From NCBI RefSeq assembly GCF_001194135.2, contig NC_068983.1, positions 30,669,253-30,733,252 of the forward strand: DNA of 64,000 nucleotides, written 5' to 3'. This DNA is from Octopus bimaculoides. Its lineage: Eukaryota. The position numbers were made by a program, and so were the translations under genes. Shown here piece after piece: positions 54,138 to 64,000 of the stretch. The notes below the pieces were generated by a model, which worked only from the letters and a program-made list of their open reading frames with translations, was not told the origin of the DNA and searched no databases. Position 1 is the stretch's first letter, and every line of letters begins with the position of its first letter.

Positions 54138-55436
54138 TCATCATCATCATCATCATCGTTTAACGTCCGCTTTCCATGCTAGCATGGGTTGGACGATTTG
54201 ACTGAGGACTGGTGAAACCGGATGGCAACACCAGGCTCCAGTCTGATTTGGCAGAGTTTCTACAGCTGGATGCCCTTCCTAACGCCAACCACTCAGAGAG
54301 TGTAGTGGGTGCTTTTACGTGTCACCCGCACGAAAACGGCCACGCTCGAAATGGTGTCTTTTATGTGCCACCNNNNNNNNNNNNNNNNNNNNNNNNNNNN
54401 NNNNNNNNNNNNNNNNNNNNNNNNNNNNNNNNNNNNNNNNNNNNNNNNNNNNNNNNNNNNNNNNNNNNNNNNNNNNNNNNNNNNNNNNNNNNNNNNNNNN
54501 NNNNNNNNNNNNNNNNNNNNNNNNNNNNNNNNNNNNNNNNNNNNNNNNNNNNNNNNNNNNNNNNNNNNNNNNNNNNNNNNNNNNNNNNNNNNNNNNNNNN
54601 NNNNNNNNNNNNNNNNNNNNNNNNNNNNNNNNNNNNNNNNNNNNNNNNNNNNNNNNNNNNNNNNNNNNNNNNNNNNNNNNNNNNNNNNNNNNNNNNNNNN
54701 NNNNNNNNNNNNNNNNNNNNNNNNNNNNNNNNNNNNNNNNNNNNNNNNNNNNNNNNNNNNNNNNNNNNNNNNNNNNNNNNNNNNNNNNNNNNNNNNNNNN
54801 NNNNNNNNNNNNNNNNNNNNNNNNNNNNNNNNNNNNNNNNNNNNNNNNNNNNNNNNNNNNNNNNNNNNNNNNNNNNNNNNNNNNNNNNNNNNNNNNNNNN
54901 NNNNNNNNNNNNNNNNNNNNNNNNNNNNNNNNNNNNNNNNNNNNNNNNNNNNNNNNNNNNNNNNNNNNNNNNNNNNNNNNNNNNNNNNNNNNNNNNNNNN
55001 NNNNNNNNNNNNNNNNNNNNNNNNNNNNNNNNNNNNNNNNNNNNNNNNNNNNNNNNNNNNNNNNNNNNNNNNNNNNNNNNNNNNNNNNNNNNNNNNNNNN
55101 NNNNNNNNNNNNNNNNNNNNNNNNNNNNNNNNNNNNNNNNNNNNNNNNNNNNNNNNNNNNNNNNNNNNNNNCCTGTTTGTTTGCAGTCTTTATTGCACCT
55201 GAACATCTGCCACAAACAAAAACTAACTTGCTAGTTAACCTGCCTTTGATGTTGCTGCACCTCTTATGTGTCCATAGCTTGCACCGGGTACATCTTATAG
55301 AGTTACTACCTACTCCTTTTCTACATACTGAGCAGGGCCATCTACCTGAAGGGGTTTGTGTTTTATCTACCTTCCTACTTATTAGGATTTTGGTTTTAGC
55401 TAGGTTGACTCTAAGGCCCTTCAATTCTAGACCTTG
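54138..55436 (-). mobile_element. 5'-truncated RTE LINE (~1.3 kb, middle in N-gap) encoding a post-RT segment with a PHD-like finger
   Basis: 55436-55172 is open: QGLELKGLRVNLAKTKILISRKVDKTQTPSGRWPCSVCRKGVGSNSIRCTRCKLWTHKRCSNIKGRLTSKLVFVCGRCSGAIK (GLxVNxxKTK is RT motif 7). 54372-54138 is the (gat)n-ending tail. The two outer flanks rejoin into one SINE-A-like sequence. Confidence 0.88.
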
Positions 55437-55661
55437 ATATACACAACAAGCTTCTACACAGTTTCCATCTACCAAATTCACTCACAAAGTTGTTGCCACT
55501 GACAGAATTTCTATAACACTGGAGAAAATGCCTTGTGGTATTTACTCTAGCTGTTTGGATTCTGACTTCAAATCCTGTCAAAGTTAAGTTTGCTTTCATC
55601 TTCGTAGGGGTTAATGAAATAAACTACCAGTCAAATACTAAATGTGATACCATTAAAAAAA

Positions 55662-55906
55662 AGTTACCTTCTTGAGCCAAACCAACTCTTAAGGACCAGT
55701 TTCCCAGTTTCATAGCACATATATTCCCCACCTGGATGGGACAGTGGTCTGTCACAAGATCACTCATTATTGTCAGCTGAGTGGACTGAAGCAATGTGAA
55801 ATGAAGTGTTTTGCTGAGAAACACAACACATCAGCCGGTTAGGAATCGAAACCACAATCTTACGATCATGAGTTTAACACCCTAACCACTAAGCCACGTG
55901 CCTCCA
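55662..55906 (-). mobile_element. SINE-D (tRNA head plus cagtccactcagctg core)
   Basis: Minus strand: ggaggcacgtggcttagtggttaggg...gtttcgattcc...cccatccaggtggggaat...gaaactgggaaactgg. Confidence 0.75.
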
Positions 55907-56482
55907 CTAGTCGATTTCATTTTGCACCTTCTGCCAAAATTGTTGGTTTTGTGCCTAAATTAGAAACATTGGTTTTCAAATTATTGTTGTTAAGCCCCTG
56001 TGTCAACCCATACCGTCTTTTTAGGTCTATGTAGGAATACATTATCAGATGTTACTTGTCTTTAAGTTAGACAAGTGTAGAATTTGAATGAAATTTGGCT
56101 GTTATATCTAGCAGGCCAAACAACCACATAGTGGCTCCTTTGTTAGCTTGATGTTGTTTAGTGCTATGTTAGTTCTGACTGAACACACCTCTGATTACAG
56201 ACACTCTGGCCTTGGCCATCCTGTTTTTCTTTTTGTAGAGTGGTTGCCATAGTATACTCTTATTCAATGTGCCCTTTTTATGAGAGGAGGGTGCTGTTTA
56301 AGGAAAATTTTTTGACTGTTGTTGACAGCAGGAAGACCAAGCACTTCAAAGCTCCTCCATTTCATCTCTCACATTACAGGTTCCAAATCATATGAGAATC
56401 CTTCTTGTAAAAGACCAGTATCTTATACACAGAACGATTTATTTGTTATATTCTTAATTTGAAACCATTATTATGATTATTA

Positions 56483-56670
56483 AGGTGGAGAGCTAGTAGA
56501 ATCGTTAGCACGTCGGGCAAAATGCTTAGTGGTATTTTGTCTGCATTTATGTTCTGAGTTCAAATTCTGCCGAGGTCCCCTTTGCCTTTCTTCCTTTCGG
56601 GGTCGATAAATTAAGTACCAGTGAAACACTGGGGTTGATGTGCCTCCAGTAGAAAGGATTATTATTATTA
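56483..56670 (+). mobile_element. SINE-B, internally deleted
   Basis: Head and body motifs as in other SINE-B copies. Confidence 0.8.
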
Positions 56671-57535
56671 TTATTATTATTATTAAGTTCTTCGACTGCT
56701 TAACCAAGCAGAATACCTATATGTAGTGTTTTGTTTTGTTTATGTTTTCTATTGTTTCAAAGACTATATTCTGTATAAAGCATGGGCAAATCCTGACTAT
56801 TATATCTTTGTATGATGCATGTGTGTGTGTGTGTGTGTATTTCCCTAAGTCCTGAGGTTTGAGTTTTTATATATATACAAATAAATTAGTCTGCATTTTT
56901 TCTATCATTGCCAAGGCACCTATTGTTTAATGGGATTGTTTCTATTTCCACTCATCATCATCATCATCAGCAGCAGCAGCAGCAGAAGCAGCAGCAGCAA
57001 CTGCAGTAGTAGTAGTAGTTGTAGTACCACCATTATTGTCTTATCAGCACTATAATTATTGTTCCATTGTTGCATTTGTAGTTATTATTCTTCACTGTTC
57101 TCTATTGTTTCTTCATACCATTTTCACTATTTACGCTGTAAACACCATTCCATCCTGCTTATGTAAAAATATTTGCTAAATATTTGTCAAAATTTGAATA
57201 TCAGAAGACTGTCTGTTTATTCTGTAAAGTTACTGATATTTTTTTATACTGTTGTTTTAGTTGTGAGTTGAATAAGTGAAGGTTTGTGATTCCTAATTCC
57301 TCCTAATGTCATTTTTCAATTTTTTCTTTTTTTCTTGCAGTTCTTTTCTTTCTTTTTTTTTTGGCATTTTTTTGGCTTATTGCTTCCAGAATTCTTTTGA
57401 ATGAATGCATAAATAAAAGAATGTCAGAATAGCAGGGAAATAACAGTATGATAGATACAACAAATAGAAGTTCCATTTCTTTCAAAGATGGTAGCCAATG
57501 AATTTGATAAAAAAAAAAATCTCTGGATGCATGAG

Positions 57536-57615
57536 AGGGGCTGTACAGAGACAAGGATAGGGCTATGTGGGGACAAGGAAGGAGCTATGTGGAGACAAGG
57601 AAGGGGCTATGTGGC
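57536..57615. repeat. 22-bp minisatellite, about 3.5 copies
   Basis: gg(g/a)gctatgtgg(a/g)gacaaggaa units. Confidence 0.75.
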
Positions 57616-57632
57616 TTTTTTTTGTTGTATTA

Positions 57633-57845
57633 CTCTTTTACTCTTTTACTTGTTTCAGTCATTTGACTGTGGCCATGCTGGAGCACCGCCCTTAGTCGAG
57701 CAAATCGGCCCCAGGACTTATTCTTTGTAAGCCTAATACTTATTCTATCAGTCTCTTTTGCCGAACTGCTAAGTTACAGGGACGTAAAAACACCAGCATC
57801 GGTTGTCAAGCGATGTTGGGGGACAAACACAGACATACAAACACA

Positions 57846-57917
<72 letters not shown>

Positions 57918-58086
57918 TATATACGACGGGCTTCTTTCAGTTTCCATCTACCAAATCCACTCACAAGGCTTTGGTCAGCATGAGGCTATAGTAGAAGACA
58001 CTTGCCCAAGGTGCCACGCAGTGGGACTGAACCCGGAACCATGTGGTTTGTAAGCAAGCTACTTACCACACAGCCACTCCTACGCC
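57633..58086 (-). mobile_element. Full-length SINE-A with expanded (TA)n
   Basis: Reverse complement of the family consensus. Confidence 0.9.
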
Positions 58087-58404
58087 TGTATATGTATTAT
58101 TTTTACTAATTGTTGTCGTTGTCTGGCCCTAAGCCTTTATTCTGTTTATTGTTTTGTCCCTCGTCCATCCACTGATGGTTTCGTCTTGAGCCCATCTCAT
58201 TTTGTTATGTTTTGGTCTCATTCCTGGCAAGATTTTGCTGGTACCTCCAGAGTGGAAGCAATATTATCAATAATGTCTGAAATTGTTCTTGACCCTCTGG
58301 CCAATAACTGATGAGAAGTTGGTGACCTTCTGAGTTTTCTGCTTGCCTGTGTATTTAGTATATGATCGTTTGTTTATTTGCTACACGTTTTGTTTTAATT
58401 ATAT

Positions 58405-58628
58405 ATAATTCTTTATTGCTCACAAGGGGCTAAACATAGAGGGGATAAACAAGGACAGACAAAGGGATTAAGTCGATTACAGTGCGTAACTGGTACTTAT
58501 TTAATCGACCCCGAAAGGATGAAAGGCAAAGTCGACCTCGGCGGAATTTGAACTCAGAACGTAGCAGCAGATGAAATACCGCTAAGCATTTCACCCAGCT
58601 TGCTAACGATTCTGCCAGCTCGCTGCCC
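58405..58628 (-). mobile_element. Full-length SINE-B in AT-rich sequence
   Basis: Complete copy, not nested in another SINE-B. Confidence 0.85.
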
Positions 58629-59344
58629 TATTTCATTATATATGTTTTAATTATATATGTATAAGTGTGTCATATTTTCCGTTTGCTGTCTTCTTTTTAT
58701 TTAATCCTGAAAATACATGTGTGTGTGTGTGTGTGTTTGTCTCCCCATCACCACTTGACAACTTGTATTGGTGTGTTTACATCCCCATAGCCAAACAGTT
58801 TAGAAAAAGAGACTCATAAAATAAGTACTAGTCTTAAAAAATAAGTCCTGCTATCAATTTGTTCGACTAAAACCCTTCAAAGCAGTACTCCAGCATCACC
58901 ACAATCAAATGATTAAAGCAAATAAAAGAAACGACAATATAATAAGATTTTAGTTCAACGTAGTGGTCCACTTGAGTAAAATAAGAACCAAAAGGGATCC
59001 ATAGGCAAAAAATGGTTGAGAATCACTGATTTAGTTGTAAGCAAGCATTCATACAGAGACTCTGATCTGAAGATGGCAAGATCTTTCTTCCTTTGTCTGA
59101 TCAGTCTGAGAGAGACCCTGTAAAAATTTCATCTGACAAAGCCATAGAAGAAAATAGTAAGAAATGCTACAATCTAATTTTTCAGTATCTTGGGATACAG
59201 AAGCAAGTCATTTGAAAATGTTAAATCAGTGTAAGCATTGATAATATGAACAGCCATAAATAAATAAATAAATAGACAGATAGAGAAATAAATATAAATA
59301 GAGAGATCAATAAATATAAATAGAGAGATCAATAAATAAATAGA

Positions 59345-59375
<31 letters not shown>

Positions 59376-59959
59376 ATGAATAAATAAAGCAATGTTTTGG
59401 AGGCATATTGTTGATTGAATTTTTTTTTAAATAATAGTCTCTAATCCAAATTAAACTACAGAAAACATTATCACAACTTGACATATTGAATATATGACAA
59501 AGTACTACAATCTGTAGTAAATCATGTAAAGGAGATATTTGGTCTACAAAAGCTATGGACGTTACCTCCTCTTTCTTACACTAAAATGTTTTTTGCTTAA
59601 AAAAAAGCCAAAAGAAAAAACCCCAAAGAATTTGGAACTAACAAAAATAAATTACGCATCTTTAGCTTGGCGGTAGCAAGGATAAGAATATGGAATTTTT
59701 GAAAATAAAACAAGAATCTTCATCTTTTACTTGTTTCAGTCAGTGGAATGTGGCCATGCTGGGACACCACCTTGAAGAATTCAGTCGAATACATTGTCCC
59801 CAGGACTATTTTTCAGTCTGGCATTCATTCTGCCAATCTCCTTTGCTAAACTGTTAACTTACAGGAAGGTAAACAAACTGACACTGGTTGTCAAACAGTA
59901 GCAGGACACAAACAAATAAACACACACACACATATATACATACACACACCCACACACAA

Positions 59960-60001
<42 letters not shown>

Positions 60002-61635
60002 CGAGCTTCCAGACTGTTTCTGTCTACCAAATTCACTTGCAATGTGTTCGTCAGCCTAGGGCTATGGCAGAAGACACTTGCCCAAAGTGCCATGCAGTAG
60101 GACTGAACCGAAAACCATGTGGCTGCAAAGTAAACTTCCTAACCATACACCCATGTGCCTTATCTCTACAGAATGGTCATCTTTCTGAGACAGAAAACAA
60201 CAGACATAATGGTCTCGATGGTTGAATTATTAAAGCATAATCAAGTTTGGCCCTACAACACCATAATTTGGGCAAGTATCTTTTACCATATCCCCAATTT
60301 GACTGAAGCCTTGAGAGCAAAATTATTTGAAGGGAAACTGTGCGGAAGCTTGTTGCATGGAATTAACCTATAATTTAAAAACAAAAAAAAATCAGCCATG
60401 TCACTCACTCATATACTGTTATATTGATTCTGCCTAAGGATTACATTAAGGGTAGAAGCATCTCTGGAATACTTACCCGGTTATTCTATAATTCAATATG
60501 TAAGTAGTTTTATTGATCAAAATAAGTGGAACGCAAAATCCATCATGTGTTAAGTAGAATAAAAAATATAAATGCGAATATGATGTATGCGTTTCCATAT
60601 GTGTGTGTATGCAGGATATATGTCTACACACATATACATACATGTGCATTTCCTTATACATACATTCGCACACTCACGCATATGTCTGTACTGCAAATGT
60701 GTGTATGTGTGGTGGGGAGTATAAATGTGTGTGTATGTGTATTCTATGTCTGTGCTGCAATATGTATATGTGTATCTGAATGTGTGAAACAGATTTAAAA
60801 TAAATGAAATATAATATCTGAAATGTGTGTATCCCTGCTTGCACAGCCATTTACATAGTAATTTTAGCCGACTACTTTATAACGATATTACACCCTAAAT
60901 TATCAGTATGTAGAAGAAATATTGGTCTTTTTCAACTTATTTACCAAGCTATATCTAATATTTATAAAGATATATTAGCAAATCATTAACAAAATCAAGA
61001 TAGTGTGTGAACCTCTACTTGGCCTGCTAGTTATTTTTAAAAATAGCATATTTATTACTTGTAGGGACACCATATTTTGTTATGCAACCATAATCTACTA
61101 CAAAATGTATTAAACGTTTTATAAATCAATATTGTGTCCTACTGTGTTAGCAGGGCTATTAAATCACATGTTAAGGTTATCTCTACAGATTTTCTATAGA
61201 GATTGTAGCCAGTAGAGGTATTTGTTATGATGTTCATATCTGAAGATGTCTGATGTAAACAACAATTCGATCAAAGATGGAAAAATAGATAATCGGTGTA
61301 TATCCCAATTTCAGTGCTTAGCCACTTGCACGTTATTTTCCCGAGCAGGCTGTTCTGTCGGTTGAAGCAACTGGAATACTCATCATCATCACTGATGGAG
61401 TGCCAGCTTAATGTGTGTATGCACCCCCCCACCAACATACACAAACGCACACACACACACGCACACACACACATACATACATAAGATTAAAATCACACAA
61501 ATAAAACTCACAAGATAATGAGGCAAAGAGGAGACAAACTAACAAATAATATATGGAGTGACACAAGTGAAATACATAATTGAAAAAAGCATAGAAATAT
61601 GAAAGTGGGTGGAACCAACAACGGAAGAAGTGGAT

Positions 61636-61950
61636 TCTTTTTCTTTTGCGCCCTTTCAAAGCCTAGCCAGACTCATGGGCCCGGTTTCCCAGTTTCTATG
61701 GCGTATGTATTCCCCCCAGCTGGACAGGATGCCAGTCGATCGAAGTGTTACTAAAGAAACAGGAAGAAAGAGTGAGAGAAAGTTGGGGCAAAAGAGTACA
61801 ACAGGAGTTGGCACCACCCCCTGCTGGAGCCTTGTGCAGCTTAGGTTTTTTTGCTCAAATAAACACTCACAACGTCCGGTCTGGGAATCGAAACTGCAAT
61901 CCTCCGACTGTGAGACCGCTGCCCTAACCACTGGGGCATTGTGCCTCCAC
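61636..61950 (-). mobile_element. Chimeric SINE: C-type head plus D-type tail
   Basis: 61950-61755 matches 1377-1568. The remainder (ggcatcctgtccagctggggggaatac...gaaactgggaaaccggg) matches the 55662-55745 tail. Confidence 0.75.
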
Positions 61951-62629
61951 GGGAGAAGTGTATAATGAAAATAAATACACCAGTAGAAGAAGCAGGAGAG
62001 TCTATTGGCTCAACTCATTTGGCATGTGAAGGAATGGTTTTCTTGAAAGCAGGTAGGGGTTGAAATCTGGAAGGGCTTCCAGACATAGAAGTTTTTTCCA
62101 ACCCATACCAGCATGGAAAAAGTAGATGTCTAAATAATGATGTTGGTGTTGATCATAATGATAACAATGATGATGATGATGAAGATTATGATGTTGAAGA
62201 TGATTATGATGATGAAGATGATGTATGACTTGTTTGTTTATCTGGATGCTGTTGGATACAGCTCATAACTACCCTACAGGAAAGTTGATAATGTTACTGC
62301 ATTACACTTCCAAAACTAAGTGGTGACTTTATCTCTAAAGTTCAACACACAGATTGCATTCCTGTATAAAATGTGGAACATTTCTTTATGACAAGCAGTA
62401 AAAAAATTCTGTTTCCTTTGGAACTTTTCCAAAGAATATCTACTTTTAAGTTTACATTATTTGGTGATGAACTGGCAGAGTTAACAGAATGTTGGATTAA
62501 ATGCATTGTGGCATTTGTTTCAACTCTCTGTGTACTGAGTTCTGCCCTTGCTGAGGTACACTTTGCTTTCATCCTTTCAGGATCAATGAATTAGTTCCAA
62601 TCTAAGGAAATGGATTAGTGGAACCATCA

Positions 62630-62890
62630 GAGAGCCAGATGAGATGTCTTGCAGTATTTGTTCTTGCTCTTTACATTCTGACAACGATAGCAGTGATGAC
62701 TCTGATGCCAAGCTATTATCAGTTCAAGTTTGCGGATATTTTCTGTGGATAAGCATTTGTGGCACAGGGAGAAGGATGATGGAGAGTTACAGGTATAGGC
62801 AAGTGCTAGTCTTCTGCAAAAGATTTTCTCACACTTGCTCATAGATGTGCAGATGCATGGTCAGCACTAACTGATGAAGGCCCTTCTTCG
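62630..62890 (-). mobile_element. Possible decayed RTE post-RT fragment
   Basis: Frameshifted ...ENIRKLE... and ...IVVRM*...LSDG, loosely like the RTE motifs HIRKLE and GHVVRM. Confidence 0.3.
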
Positions 62891-62908
62891 ATGATGAGCA
62901 CAATGGAT

Positions 62909-63073
62909 TCATCATCATCATCATCATCGTTTAATGTCCGCTTTCCATGCTAGCATGGGTTGGACAATTTGACTGAGGACTGGTGAACCAGGTGGCTACA
63001 CCAGGCTCCAATCTGATTTGGCAGAGTTTCAACAGCTGGATGCTCTTCCTAATGCCAACCACTCCGAGAGTGG
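62909..63073 (-). mobile_element. RTE 3' tail
   Basis: Reverse complement of 53796-53960. Confidence 0.88.
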
Positions 63074-64000
63074 ATTGTGCTGGACAAAATCATTTGTCTA
63101 TTATGTCTCTTTACATGCTGAGTTCAAAAACCTGTGAATTTGATTTTGATTTTTATCCTTCAGAGGGTCAACAAAATAAGTAGTAATAAAGCACTGGGGA
63201 TGGATTAAACTGAATATACTCCTTCGTCAAATTGTGTAGTTAAGTCTCTAGGTTAGAAATAATGCTTAACACCATGTCATTCTATGGACTATGACTTTCC
63301 AGCTGTAACCATCTGTCATATTTTTTATAGAGCAAGAGATCCAGTACTGCCTTTTTTTTTTAAAGACAGCTGAGAGAGCTGCTATTTCTAACAAGTCAAA
63401 CAAATAAGTAGAGACTCCTCTATGGACTTATTTACTGCCACGTGGACTTGTTTTATGAAAATTACATGTCTTAAGAACAGGGAAGAATATTTTGAGAGTA
63501 TTGATGATCAGGATGTATGAAAGGAGTGCCTGCAAAACCAACAATAGACCTATTAGTATCTACTGGGGCCCCTCTCTGAAAGAAAAACTCAAACCTCAGT
63601 ACCCTTAAATTTTAAGAGGAATCCATGAGCCTGAAAATAGTTTTGTTCTCTCTTGCCAAATTTCACTCAGAGGCTCTTGCTAAAGACAAGATACCAACTA
63701 ATGATGACCCTTCATCAAACGAGCATGGGCAGCCAAGCACAGTGTCTTTATTTAGCATTTTCAATAATTTATAGATCTAGAGAACTTATACTGTCATCTG
63801 AAGAGGTTGGGAATATGAGTAGGAAGGAACAAAACAACAAGCAAATAAGAAAACCAAAACTAAATAAATAACTATAACAGAAATGTCTTTTATTGATGTC
63901 TAATTGCATTTCCAATTAATTTAGATCACATCTGGCCTAATAGAGGTCTCCCATTTAATGAAATTGTACCATAAACAAAGATGGTAGATGTTTGCAATAT

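Larger units (their letters stand above)
1969..64000 (-). other. Putative very large upstream intron of the NALF-family gene
   Basis: The exon is internal (has an acceptor, no start). I recognised no upstream exon ending in the expected C-x2-C-x before phase 0. Content is repeats only. An exon could be hidden in N-gaps or missed by eye. Confidence 0.6.

Noticed and set aside
54212-55481. Long ORFs (284-388 aa) here and across the other N-gaps
   Set aside because: Their length comes from N runs translated as X. Only 55436-55172 is real coding sequence (RTE), and the ORF's Met lies in flanking SINE sequence.
1-64000. CRISPR-like arrays, operons or a novel multi-gene system
   Set aside because: Eukaryotic intronic DNA. 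Recurrent repeats are SINE/LINE modules or satellites without constant repeat-unique spacer structure, and no intact multi-gene cassette is present.

Overview
AT-rich animal genomic DNA, inferred to be octopus/coleoid cephalopod from its SINE families, RTE tails and microsatellite load. It is a draft scaffold with ten N-gaps totalling about 2.6 kb. Only one host coding segment is supportable: a 166-nt internal exon on the minus strand (1968-1803) encoding part of the Cys-rich domain of the NALCN auxiliary subunit family (NALF/FAM155, NLF-1, Mid1). I found no neighbouring exon, so the remaining ~62 kb is most simply one giant upstream intron. It is filled with tRNA-derived SINEs (working names A-D), RTE LINE fragments and tails, decayed Tc1 and mariner transposases, hAT and piggyBac MITEs, foldbacks and simple repeats. 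Most long ORFs in the track are microsatellite or N-gap artefacts. I found no evidence of a new multi-gene system. The best leads are the NALF exon, a SINE that repeatedly inserts at the same 16-bp site in its own head, a PHD-finger-bearing RTE whose empty site is also in the window, and several long intronic hairpins. Family and motif comparisons are from memory, not database searches.
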